A model generated the notes under the pieces. That model did not search any database and had not been told where the DNA came from. It was given only the letters and a program-made list of their open reading frames with translations. The position numbers and the translations under genes were made by a program. This document shows, in pieces, positions 38,176-47,255 of a stretch of DNA of 64,000 bases (position 1 is its first letter; each line of letters begins with the position of its first letter). Origin of the DNA: Bacteriovoracaceae bacterium (GTDB taxonomy: Bacteria > Bdellovibrionota > Bacteriovoracia > Bacteriovoracales > Bacteriovoracaceae); the NCBI GenBank assembly GCA_048270185.1, contig JBLWTJ010000003.1, positions 96,001-160,000 of the forward strand, read 5' to 3'.

Positions 38176-39663
38176 ATGATCAAATTAGAACAGGCCTATC
38201 AGGGTCTGCGTGAATATAAGAATCTCTCAGGTTTTCCTGAGCAAACTCCAAACGCTCACTTTACCCGTGTCAAGCCTGAGCCAAGTGAGAATCCAAAACT
38301 GCTTTGTTGGTCTAGCGACCTTGCAAAGACCATGAAGATTGACGATTCTCAAAAAGATCTTTGGGTTAAGCTCTTAAGCGGAAATCAAGATATGTATGAA
38401 CCAAGTGCTGTGGCCACTCGCTATGGAGGCCATCAATTTGGTCATTGGGCCGGGCAGCTTGGAGATGGCCGTGCCATGACTTTAGGACTCCATGAAGGTT
38501 TAGAAGTTCAATTAAAAGGAGCAGGACTTACTCCATATTCAAGAGGAGCCGATGGAAAGGCCGTCCTGCGCTCATCTCTTAGAGAATATATTTGTAGTGA
38601 GGCCATGTTCCATCTTGGCGTTCCAACGACGAGGGCCTTGAGTCTAGTAGAGACTGGAGAAGATGTATTAAGAGATATGTTCTACGATGGAAATGCTGCC
38701 TATGAAAAGGGTGCTATCTGTTCTCGAATTGCACCAAGCTTCCTGCGCTTTGGCCATTATCAAATCTTTGCTAAAAACTTTGAATTAGAAGAATTAAAAG
38801 AGATTGTGGATTTTACTATTGATAATTTCTATCCTGGTATGAGTATTAAAGAAATGTTTAATGAGGTCGTTAGGCGAACAGCATTTCTTATGAGTGAGTG
38901 GATGCGCTTAGGCTTTGTCCACGGGGTCATGAATACTGATAATTTATCAATGCTAGGTCTTACTATTGATTATGGGCCATATGGATGGCTTGATCGCTTT
39001 GATCCGAATTGGACTCCGAATACAACTGACTTTAGAAATAGACGCTATCGCTTTATAAATCAGGCCAGTATTGCTTACTGGAATCTTGATCAATTAAGAG
39101 AAGCCTTACAAGATATAAGCTTAGAAAGTTTAGATGAAAATCTTGGAAAATTTCCTACTTACTTCAATGAGTTCTTCCAAGGAGTCATGGCCAAGAAATT
39201 AGGCCTTGTAACTTGCAGTGAAGGGTTTATTGATGGTCTATTTGATCTTCAGTATGAGCTTGAAGCTGATATGACGCTATTTTATCGCAGCCTCATGACA
39301 TTGATGAAAGGTGAAGAAGTTAATTGGTCTGAGGTCTTTTATAAAAGCTTAGGCGAGAGTGAACTTGGCCGTATCAACCGATGGGTAGAGAAGTGGCAGC
39401 GTGAGCAAAAACTTCAAAGAGTTGACTTTGGTGAAGCGCTAGTAAAAATGGCAAAAGTTAATCCTGTCTTTATTCCAAGAAATTATATCGTGCAACTCGT
39501 TCTTGATGATCTTGAAAAAGGTGATGAGAAGAGTTTAAGAAATTTAGAACAGGCCATTTTAAGTCCATATGAATTGAACGAATTCACAAGGCCATTCTTT
39601 AAGAAAGCACCAGAGTGGTCAACGACAAGGGCCGGTTGCTCGACCCTGTCGTGTTCAAGCTAA
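38176..39663 (+). CDS. selO: Protein adenylyltransferase SelO/YdiU
   Basis: YGGHQFG, QLGDGRA, QLKGAG-TPYSR, HGVMNTDN, IDYGP, C-terminal CSTLSCSS. Confidence 0.95.
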   Translation: MIKLEQAYQGLREYKNLSGFPEQTPNAHFTRVKPEPSENPKLLCWSSDLAKTMKIDDSQKDLWVKLLSGNQDMYEPSAVATRYGGHQFGHWAGQLGDGRAMTLGLHEGLEVQLKGAGLTPYSRGADGKAVLRSSLREYICSEAMFHLGVPTTRALSLVETGEDVLRDMFYDGNAAYEKGAICSRIAPSFLRFGHYQIFAKNFELEELKEIVDFTIDNFYPGMSIKEMFNEVVRRTAFLMSEWMRLGFVHGVMNTDNLSMLGLTIDYGPYGWLDRFDPNWTPNTTDFRNRRYRFINQASIAYWNLDQLREALQDISLESLDENLGKFPTYFNEFFQGVMAKKLGLVTCSEGFIDGLFDLQYELEADMTLFYRSLMTLMKGEEVNWSEVFYKSLGESELGRINRWVEKWQREQKLQRVDFGEALVKMAKVNPVFIPRNYIVQLVLDDLEKGDEKSLRNLEQAILSPYELNEFTRPFFKKAPEWSTTRAGCSTLSCSS

Positions 39664-39672
39664 CCGGTAACC

Positions 39673-39883
39673 GGTGCACGCAACCTTTTCGAGATTCAAA
39701 CTACTTAAAGACTTTTGTTCTCGTTAAAAGGATCAACTTTCTCAAAAAGTAAGATGTTTATTAATTTTTCTAATAAAGAAAGATAGATAAACAGATTTCT
39801 ACTTATAGACAGGTGAGTTTCAAATGTTATTTGAGTTTCAACTCACTGTATGTAGTTAGTTTCACGAAAAGTATCCGCGTACC
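39673..39883. repeat. 211-bp non-coding element with imperfect 35-bp terminal inverted repeats
   Basis: Left end GGTGCACGCAACCTTTTCGAGATTCAAACTACTTA vs reverse complement of the right end GGTACGCGGATACTTTTCGTGAAACTAACTACATA: 25/35 identical by manual count. Confidence 0.55.
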
Positions 39884-39885
39884 AA

Positions 39886-40323
39886 CTAGTTACAGAACTG
39901 CTCTGGAGCTCTTTGCCAAGTTGGTTCACACATACTTAGCCACTTTCCTTTGTAATAGTGAGCAAATCCGTACCACCAAGTAACGTGGTCTTTATTTGTT
40001 AGCTTCACTTCATCTGGGTATACATTTGGTTCAACGCCGTTAATAGCATAACACCAACCATGGGCATTCATTTCAAAGTCACTAATAATCTCCATGGCAT
40101 CAAGACCTGTTGGAGTATTAAAGATCGATTTCATCCCAACACGTGATCCTTGGAACTCAATACCATTGTCCGTTAGAATCTTTACTGTAGCATCACCAAC
40201 ATTTGTCTCAGAAATTTCAACAGTTGTTGAAAAGAGTGGCTTTTCAGCACATGGCCCGATAACTTCAAAAGTAGCTGCTTGTAGATAGATAGATGATACT
40301 AATAATAACAGTATTTTAAACAT
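39886..40323 (-). CDS. DUF4430-domain exported protein
   Basis: Signal peptide, GWCYAING.EP, D.V.WWY. Confidence 0.75.
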   Translation of the reverse strand: MFKILLLLVSSIYLQAATFEVIGPCAEKPLFSTTVEISETNVGDATVKILTDNGIEFQGSRVGMKSIFNTPTGLDAMEIISDFEMNAHGWCYAINGVEPNVYPDEVKLTNKDHVTWWYGFAHYYKGKWLSMCEPTWQRAPEQFCN

Positions 40324-40402
40324 GAATTCTCCTTGTTTAGAGCTTTCTACCACGCTCATTTTGAGATTGCCATGACCCTAGGCGCATCACTATCATTCTT
40401 AC

Positions 40403-41434
40403 ATGACTAAATACGTTTGGGGTAGTGAAGAGACCCAATATTTCTTCAAATTAGGTCCTGATGCCATCCTTGATGCCATTGATGAGGTTGGCTTTAAGAC
40501 CACAGGTCGCTGCCTTCCTCTAAATAGTATTGAAAATCGGGTCTATGAAATTGAAGTGGACCGTCCTGATGCAGAAATAAATTCTCCAAGCGATCACTTT
40601 ATTGTGGCAAAGTTCTATCGTCCTGGGCGTTGGTCAAAAGAGCAAATCTTAGATGAGCATGAGTTCTTAAATGATCTGGTTGAAGCTGAAGTTCCTGTGA
40701 TCCCTCCAATTGTAATTGATGGTGAAACACTCTTTGAAATGAAAGAGCATAAGATTTATTACTGTCTTTATGAAAAGCGCGGAGGTCGAAATCCTGAAGA
40801 GATGAATACTGAGCAACTTGAAATTATGGGAAGATCTCTGGCCCGTATTCATAGTGTCGGGGCCTTACGAGGGGCCAATCACCGAATTAAATTGGGTCCT
40901 GAAAGTTATGGTGTGGCAAATATTGAATTCCTTAAATCCACCGATTTTATCCCAAGTGATATTCGTGAAAATTATCTTATGATGACGGATCAAATTATCA
41001 CCAAGGCCAAGACTCTCTTTACTGGTGTTGCGACTCAAAGAATTCATGGGGATTTTCATAAGGGAAATATCATCTTAAGAGGTGATGACTCTTACTTTGT
41101 TGATTTTGACGATATGGTGACAGGCCCCGTTGTTCAAGACGTGTGGCCAATTTGTCCGGGGGACGATCAGCAGTCAATCATTGATCGAAATATCTTCTTG
41201 GAAGCCTACGATAGTATTCGTCCATTTCCACATGAACAGATAAAGCTTATTCCGGCCTTGAGAGCTCTACGCTTGATTCATTTTTCAGCGTGGATTGGAA
41301 AGAGGTGGAGTGATCCATCTTTCAAGCATACTTTCAGTTACTATGAATCTCCAAATTACTGGTATGGCCAGATGAATGACTTTCGAGAAATCTTAGCAAA
41401 GATGAGTGAGAGCGATGAAGGATATTATTACTAA
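40403..41434 (+). CDS. srkA: Ser/Thr kinase SrkA/RdoA (YihE)
   Basis: LNSIENRVY, KFYRPGRWS, EH.FL, RIHGDFHKGN, DFDD, WIGKRW.DP.F. Confidence 0.93.
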   Translation: MTKYVWGSEETQYFFKLGPDAILDAIDEVGFKTTGRCLPLNSIENRVYEIEVDRPDAEINSPSDHFIVAKFYRPGRWSKEQILDEHEFLNDLVEAEVPVIPPIVIDGETLFEMKEHKIYYCLYEKRGGRNPEEMNTEQLEIMGRSLARIHSVGALRGANHRIKLGPESYGVANIEFLKSTDFIPSDIRENYLMMTDQIITKAKTLFTGVATQRIHGDFHKGNIILRGDDSYFVDFDDMVTGPVVQDVWPICPGDDQQSIIDRNIFLEAYDSIRPFPHEQIKLIPALRALRLIHFSAWIGKRWSDPSFKHTFSYYESPNYWYGQMNDFREILAKMSESDEGYYY

Positions 41435-41913
41435 TGCGTGATCGTGAAGTATTTCTTCATATTGAATCCTTAGAAAAGAAGCTTCTAATATTAAAAGATG
41501 TTTTAGAGGTCCTTGCTACTTCTAAAGTGATTATCTTCTATAAGGATCTGGACTTTATTGATCAAGTGAAGGCAGCAGGTTTTGATATACCTTGTGAGTT
41601 TATTAGCCGTGACTTTGAAGCACAAGAAAATGAGGAAAGTCTTAAGAGATTCCACGATGCTGATCATTCATATCTCTTTGTCTCTAATCTCGCTTCAAAA
41701 TCCTTTCGAATGGATGATTGCTTTTGCTTAATTAATTATGATTTGCCCATTGACCCAAAACTCTATTTGATTCGTCAGGAATTTGCGACTCAAATGGTGA
41801 GCTTCTACTGTGTTGGGGATGAAGATAAACTACGCCATATCGAGGTTCTCCTAGAGAAGCGATTTACTCTTCATAATATGAAAATGTTCATTAACCGACT
41901 TAATCAAAGCTAG
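41434..41913 (+). CDS. Degenerate stand-alone DEAD-box helicase C-terminal-like domain
   Basis: LFVSNLASKSF...LINYDLP...Y..R echoes helicase motifs V-VI. TAATG coupling to srkA. Confidence 0.55.
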   Translation: MRDREVFLHIESLEKKLLILKDVLEVLATSKVIIFYKDLDFIDQVKAAGFDIPCEFISRDFEAQENEESLKRFHDADHSYLFVSNLASKSFRMDDCFCLINYDLPIDPKLYLIRQEFATQMVSFYCVGDEDKLRHIEVLLEKRFTLHNMKMFINRLNQS

Positions 41914-41983
41914 ACGTATTCTATATCTTGCGAGAAAATTTAGATCTACAAAAGAAATTTATTATTTTAAAGCGAGGTTGAAT

Positions 41984-43879
41984 ATGGATATTCGTCTAAA
42001 GACTTTCGAAGAATACGAAGCTGCCTATGAGCAAGCAAAGAATAATCCTTCTGAGTATTGGGGAAATATTGCACAAAATTTTATATTTTCGAAAAAGTGG
42101 GATGATGTCACTTTAGGAAATTTTACTGATGGGGAAATTCGTTGGTTTAATGGTGCAAAATTAAATATCACTGAAAACTGCCTTGATCGCCACCTAGCTA
42201 CTCGAGGAGACAAGAAGGCCTTAGTCTTTGTTTCAAATGATCCAGATGAAGCAAATCGTGAATTCACATATAAAGAATTACATGCCCAAGTTTGTAAGAC
42301 AGCAAATATGCTTGAAGGACTTGGTGTAAAAAAAGGTGACCGCGTTTGTATCTATATGTCGATGGTTCCAGAGCTTATGTTTACCGTTCTTGCTTGTGCT
42401 AGAATTGGTGCCATCCACTCAGTTGTCTTTGGAGGATTCTCTGCTCAAGCACTGGCCGGAAGAATTGAAGATGCTCAGTGTAGTGTTCTTGTCACTAACG
42501 ATGGTGGATTTCGCGGAACAAAGATAACTGAACTAAAGTCAATTGTTGATGAAGCCTTAGATAATAGTGAATGTGCTTGTGTTTCAAAAGTTATTGTTCA
42601 CAAGAGAGCAAATAATAAAGTGACAATGAAAGAAGAACGCGACTTCTGGTGGCACGACCTCTTTGATAAAGCTTCCGATATTCACCTGGCCCCTCAGCTT
42701 GATGCAGAAGATCCATTATTTATTCTCTACACTTCTGGATCAACAGGAACACCTAAGGGTGTTGTCCACACTCAAGCTGGCTACATGGTGTGGGCCGCCT
42801 ATACTTTTGCTAATGTTTTCCAGGTCGAGGAAAATGATATGTACTGGTGCACGGCCGATATCGGTTGGATTACTGGTCACACTTATATTACTTATGGCCC
42901 ACTTCTAAATGGTGCCACAACGATGATGTTTGAAGGTGTTCCAACTTATCCAGATGCTGGACGCTTTTGGGATATTGTTGAAAAGAATAAGGTAACACAT
43001 TTCTATACGGCGCCAACAGCAGTACGCGCACTAATGGCCGCAGGAGATGATGTGCCAACTAAGTATGACCTATCATCTTTAAAGGTTTTAGGATCAGTAG
43101 GTGAGCCAATTAATGCCGAAGCATGGCATTGGTATAACGAGCATATTGGAAAGAAGAAATGTCCAATTGTTGATACTTGGTGGCAGACAGAAACGGGTGG
43201 AATTTTAATTTCTCCACTTGCGGGCCTTACAAAGACAAAGCCATGTAAGGCAACACTTCCACTACCTGGAATTGTTCCGGTTCTTGTTGATGATAATGGA
43301 CATGAAATTGGTGAGACCATGGCCGAAGGAAAGCTTTGTATTAAGCACCCATGGCCTGGAATGCTAAGAACTGTTTACAAGAATCATGAGCGCTTTATGA
43401 ATGCATACTTAAGAACATATAAGGGCTACTACTTCTCTGGAGATGGGGCCAAGCGCGACGTGGAAGGATTCTTTAGAATCACTGGACGTGTTGATGATGT
43501 TATCAATGTTTCAGGCCACCGTTTTGGGACGGCCGAGATTGAAAATGCCATCGGAAAGAATACGGCCATCGCTGAAAGTGCGGTTGTTGGCTATCCACAT
43601 GACGTAAAGGGTGAGGGGATTTACGCCTACGTTGTGACAAGTTTAACAGATGAAGCCGAAGTCATAAAACTTATCAATGAGACAATTGTTAAGGAAATTG
43701 GTGCTGTCGCTCGTCCTGATAAGATTCAAATTGTCCCAGGACTTCCAAAGACACGCTCTGGAAAGATCATGAGAAGGATCTTAAGAAAAATTGCTGCTCA
43801 TGATTTCAATAACTTTGGTGATACTTCGACACTTCTTGACCCAGCAGTCGTTGATGAAATCAAAGCCGGGGTAAAATAA
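41984..43879 (+). CDS. acs: Acetyl-CoA synthetase
   Basis: YTSGSTGTPKG, GSVGEPIN, DTWWQTETGG, GRVDDV, PKTRSGK. Confidence 0.97.
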   Translation: MDIRLKTFEEYEAAYEQAKNNPSEYWGNIAQNFIFSKKWDDVTLGNFTDGEIRWFNGAKLNITENCLDRHLATRGDKKALVFVSNDPDEANREFTYKELHAQVCKTANMLEGLGVKKGDRVCIYMSMVPELMFTVLACARIGAIHSVVFGGFSAQALAGRIEDAQCSVLVTNDGGFRGTKITELKSIVDEALDNSECACVSKVIVHKRANNKVTMKEERDFWWHDLFDKASDIHLAPQLDAEDPLFILYTSGSTGTPKGVVHTQAGYMVWAAYTFANVFQVEENDMYWCTADIGWITGHTYITYGPLLNGATTMMFEGVPTYPDAGRFWDIVEKNKVTHFYTAPTAVRALMAAGDDVPTKYDLSSLKVLGSVGEPINAEAWHWYNEHIGKKKCPIVDTWWQTETGGILISPLAGLTKTKPCKATLPLPGIVPVLVDDNGHEIGETMAEGKLCIKHPWPGMLRTVYKNHERFMNAYLRTYKGYYFSGDGAKRDVEGFFRITGRVDDVINVSGHRFGTAEIENAIGKNTAIAESAVVGYPHDVKGEGIYAYVVTSLTDEAEVIKLINETIVKEIGAVARPDKIQIVPGLPKTRSGKIMRRILRKIAAHDFNNFGDTSTLLDPAVVDEIKAGVK

Positions 43880-43936
43880 CTCTTAATTTTTTACATAAGT
43901 ATTATTGATGCCTCTCTTATATGCTAGAAATAGCGT

Positions 43937-44953
43937 ATGAGAGAGGCCAATATCGAGCAAATGCGAGACATTCTAAAGAAGCATCACACCTTAAATAAGA
44001 CAAGAGTGTGGTTTGATCTTTTTAGTAACGCCCTTATTGGTTGGTCAGCATTCTTCTACACTTGCTTTCACTTTAACTTCATAACTTTCTTTGTGGCCAT
44101 CTTCTTCATTTATCGCGGAACGATTCTTGTTCACGAAGTCTCACATATTGCAAAAAAGATAAAGGGCTACCGTACGGCATTTAATATTCTCTTTGGTTGG
44201 CCAAATGCTTACCCTGTCTATCTAGGTGATGCCCATCTCTTTCATCATGGGAAGAGAACCTATGCGACGAAGCGTGATCCTGAATATAAGTATATTGCAG
44301 AATTTAATGTCGTGACTTTAGTGAGGCCGATTCTATCTTCAATACTTCTACCAATCGTTCAAATTCTACGCTTTGGAGTCTTTCCACTGGCCTATCTCTT
44401 CTTATCAAAAGAGCAAAGGGTATGGGTTTACCAAAATATATCAACTCTCGCTTTCTCAATGGACTATAAGAGGCCAATAAAGAATGTCGATCGAGAAATC
44501 AAAGTTATGGTTGGCAATGATTTCATGTGCTTCTTATACAAGCTCAGTATTGCTAGTGCGATTTATTTTGAACTTCTACCCATTGCGACGATCTGGGTTT
44601 GGTTAGGTGTTGTTGTCATTTCTTCTACCCTTAATATGTACCGCGCTCTCTTTAATCATCTCTATACGAATGAAAGCCTTGCGCCTCTTAGTTGGGAAGA
44701 GCATCTCATGGATACGGTAACCATCGAATCTGGAATCAGCTCATTTTTCATCTTTGTTAATGGCCTAAATTATCATGCCATTCACCACCTCTTTCCTGAG
44801 CTTCCATATACGAATCTTGCACGCGCTCATGCGGATCTAATGAGAGAACTACCAGCAGATCATATCTATAAATTAAATACTTATCCAAGTATCTTTCATG
44901 TTTTAGCAACTTCTCTCACTCTAAATCGGACAAGAGCGAAAATGAGTGTATAA
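43937..44953 (+). CDS. Fatty-acid desaturase family protein
   Basis: His boxes HEVSH, HLFHH, HAIHH. Confidence 0.88.
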   Translation: MREANIEQMRDILKKHHTLNKTRVWFDLFSNALIGWSAFFYTCFHFNFITFFVAIFFIYRGTILVHEVSHIAKKIKGYRTAFNILFGWPNAYPVYLGDAHLFHHGKRTYATKRDPEYKYIAEFNVVTLVRPILSSILLPIVQILRFGVFPLAYLFLSKEQRVWVYQNISTLAFSMDYKRPIKNVDREIKVMVGNDFMCFLYKLSIASAIYFELLPIATIWVWLGVVVISSTLNMYRALFNHLYTNESLAPLSWEEHLMDTVTIESGISSFFIFVNGLNYHAIHHLFPELPYTNLARAHADLMRELPADHIYKLNTYPSIFHVLATSLTLNRTRAKMSV

Positions 44954-44961
44954 TACTCATT

Positions 44962-45513
44962 ATGAAAAGAATCATTCTTGGTATTTGCATATTATTTACT
45001 ATCTTTAGTTGTTCTAAACCAACACCAAGTCAAACTGTCGATACAGTAATTAAAGAGACATTTCTTTTTAATTTTGAAGAAACTTTCTCTTACTATGATC
45101 CTGGTTTCTCGTCACAGCAACAGATTGCGGATTACCGCGGCTTTGTGAAAGATATTGTTGAGTGGGAGAAGAATATCAAAAAAACAAAGAAGGAAGTTCT
45201 TAGTGCTATACAAGGACTTCTTTCATATAAAATTATCGCTGAAAAAATTGAAGGAAGAACGGCCTATGTGACAGCGGTTGTTATAGCTCCTGAGTTCAAA
45301 AATAAATTTGATATGCAGATTGCTCTTTTAAGCCTTACTCGACCGCCACTAGTTTCCAAAAGGCCTCAGGCCAATGCTACGATTTTAAAGAATATTAGTG
45401 AGACTCAGTATGAGTTAAATCCTTCAGAGATTATTTTCACTCTAACAAAGAAAGATAAGTGGCGTATTTCAAGTGTCACTAATCTAGGAAGTCTGTGGCG
45501 CTTTGAAAATTAA
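44962..45513 (+). CDS. Lipoprotein, hypothetical
   Basis: Lipobox IFSC. Confidence 0.7.
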   Translation: MKRIILGICILFTIFSCSKPTPSQTVDTVIKETFLFNFEETFSYYDPGFSSQQQIADYRGFVKDIVEWEKNIKKTKKEVLSAIQGLLSYKIIAEKIEGRTAYVTAVVIAPEFKNKFDMQIALLSLTRPPLVSKRPQANATILKNISETQYELNPSEIIFTLTKKDKWRISSVTNLGSLWRFEN

Positions 45514-45793
45514 ACCACTCTTTCTATTAATCTGTCTGCTTTTGACTTGTTTTACAAGTCATGACAGCTATACAAGCACTTCCACTGAAGTCTTATATGA
45601 ATATCATCAACAAAGTAATGAAGTTGTCTCTACTGAAGAGCTTACTCATCTCGCGCCTGGTATTAGTGAGCTAAAACTTAGTGCGCAAATCGTCTCTTAT
45701 TACTTATTAAATCTTCGTCAATCAATTGCAAATTACACTCAATATAGCCTTGGCGGCCACTCTGGCCTAAGTCCTCCTTATCATTTGATTTAA
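45503..45793 (+). CDS. Exported small protein ending in HSGLSPP (candidate arrest/leader peptide)
   Basis: N-terminal hydrophobic signal; C-terminal GGHSGLSPPYHLI. Confidence 0.55.
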   Translation: MKIKPLFLLICLLLTCFTSHDSYTSTSTEVLYEYHQQSNEVVSTEELTHLAPGISELKLSAQIVSYYLLNLRQSIANYTQYSLGGHSGLSPPYHLI

Positions 45794-45836
45794 TCATTAC
45801 ATTAAATTTCTAAATTTAAATTGATACGGAGGATGT

Positions 45837-45992
45837 ATGGAAAACACATCAAGTAAATATGATTACGAAGGTAAAACAAGAGAAGTTGTGACTACAGAAG
45901 AAGAGGGTGGGGTACTAGGTTTCTATCTATGTATTGGAATCTTTATATTGATCTTCTTTGCAGTCATTCTTGTTAAAGTATTTAACCTATAA
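45837..45992 (+). CDS. 51-aa single-TM protein
   Basis: MENTSSKYDYEGKTREVVTTEEEGGVLGFYLCIGIFILIFFAVILVKVFNL. GGAGG RBS, followed by a terminator. Not in the ORF track. Confidence 0.7.
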   Translation: MENTSSKYDYEGKTREVVTTEEEGGVLGFYLCIGIFILIFFAVILVKVFNL

Positions 45993-45995
45993 AAA

Positions 45996-46015
45996 AAGGG
46001 CCAGTAATGGCCCTT
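45996..46015. terminator. Bidirectional terminator
   Basis: AAGGGCCA-GTAA-TGGCCCTT with flanking A/T tracts. Confidence 0.8.
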
Positions 46016-46034
46016 CATTCTTTTATTAATCAGA

Positions 46035-47126
46035 TTATTTAAAAATAACTTCACCTGGAACTGGATCTGTAATGACGATATCACCGTCATTGTCATCTCC
46101 TGAGGTCGGATCAGTTGGATCAGTTGGATCGGTTGGTTCCTCGATCTCAAAAACAGGAGTTCTCTTGATATACTCTGGTCTAAAGCCTTTCTCAACTGCA
46201 ATTTGTACTAGCTCTTCATACTTGGCTTCATCAATTTCATTCTCACGAGTAAGAATGAAGAGAGTTTGTCGATTTCGATCCGCTACGATTGCTTCTGTAT
46301 ATTCTTCATCAAGGTGGATGATTTGATAATCTCCAGCACCAACGCCAAAGTATCCAAGAAGTGGTACAAAGCTAACTTTTAATTTCGCATTTGAAATTTT
46401 ATCAGAAACTTTAGCATAGGCCTTATCAACTTTTGTATCCCCATTAACTAACTGACAAGAGTTCTTTACACGGATTCTGTTGTGTTTAAGTTTGTACTGT
46501 GCTTTCGTTCCCTGACATCTCTTGTTAAAGAATGCATCATATGCACCTTGTTGGTACCAAGTTCCTAGGTATTTTTTTAGATCAACATATTCAACTGTTT
46601 GAAAATTATTAAGTGGTAGCTCTTGTGAAGGAATAAGAACTTCATTGATTTCATGAACAATAATTTTCTTATCATATCCTTTTAAAGTACTTAAACGTAG
46701 AGCAGCGTTGTTGAGGATGAACTCCTCTGAGTCTCGGTCAACGAGAATAACACGACCACCAAATGTTTTAACTTGTTTCTTTTTTCTGATGTCTTGCTTT
46801 TCATGACGGCCATACCCAATGTGGTAGAGAAGTACCTTTCTAAGCTCAAGTGGATTGGCCAGTAAGTACTCAACTGTTTCAGGTGGTAATTTTGCAAATG
46901 CTGCATCATTTGGTGCAAAGATTGTAATTGGATGATCGATTGTAACGATGTCATCAAGTCCTGCAAGGCGTGAGGCACTTAGAAAGTTTTTAAACTTTCT
47001 CGAATGTTTCATAGCACTTACTGTTTCAGTCGCAGATAATTTTGTTCCCTTAGCTTCTCTTGCATCTGCTATCGCAGTGTTAAAGAAGAATGGCAGTGTC
47101 GCCATTACTAGTAATAGTCTTTTCAT
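46035..47126 (-). CDS. Secreted fasciclin (FAS1) + lipocalin (Blc-like) fusion protein
   Basis: TIFAPNDAAF, LLYH, VHEINEVL (FAS1); VDLKKYLGTWY, LKVSF, LFILTR (lipocalin); C-terminal PTD repeats. Confidence 0.88.
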   Translation of the reverse strand: MKRLLLVMATLPFFFNTAIADAREAKGTKLSATETVSAMKHSRKFKNFLSASRLAGLDDIVTIDHPITIFAPNDAAFAKLPPETVEYLLANPLELRKVLLYHIGYGRHEKQDIRKKKQVKTFGGRVILVDRDSEEFILNNAALRLSTLKGYDKKIIVHEINEVLIPSQELPLNNFQTVEYVDLKKYLGTWYQQGAYDAFFNKRCQGTKAQYKLKHNRIRVKNSCQLVNGDTKVDKAYAKVSDKISNAKLKVSFVPLLGYFGVGAGDYQIIHLDEEYTEAIVADRNRQTLFILTRENEIDEAKYEELVQIAVEKGFRPEYIKRTPVFEIEEPTDPTDPTDPTSGDDNDGDIVITDPVPGEVIFK

Positions 47127-47183
47127 TTAATCCTCCCAAAGTTAATGGAAGAAAATGTAGCTTTTTATTAACACTATTGATGT

Positions 47184-47219
47184 TTAAGATTGGTTAAGAA
47201 AGGTTAGGAGGTATTAAGA
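47184..47219. promoter_or_regulatory. Four TTA(A/G)GA direct repeats at a 10-bp period
   Basis: Repeats start at 47184, 47194, 47204 and 47214, upstream of the FAS1-lipocalin gene. Confidence 0.6.
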
Positions 47220-47225
47220 ATAAAA

Positions 47226-47250
47226 AAAGGGCCTAGAATTTAGGCCCTTT
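47226..47250 (-). terminator. Intrinsic terminator
   Basis: AAAGGGCCTA-GAATT-TAGGCCCTTT with a U-tract on the minus strand. Confidence 0.85.
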
Positions 47251-47255
47251 CTAAT

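Noticed and set aside
39640..39663. Selenocysteine in the SelO C-terminus
   Set aside because: The codons are TGC/TGT (Cys) and the stop is TAA. There is no in-frame TGA.
45923..46201. 92-aa minus-strand ORF
   Set aside because: Out-of-frame overlap with the lipocalin gene, and it crosses a terminator.
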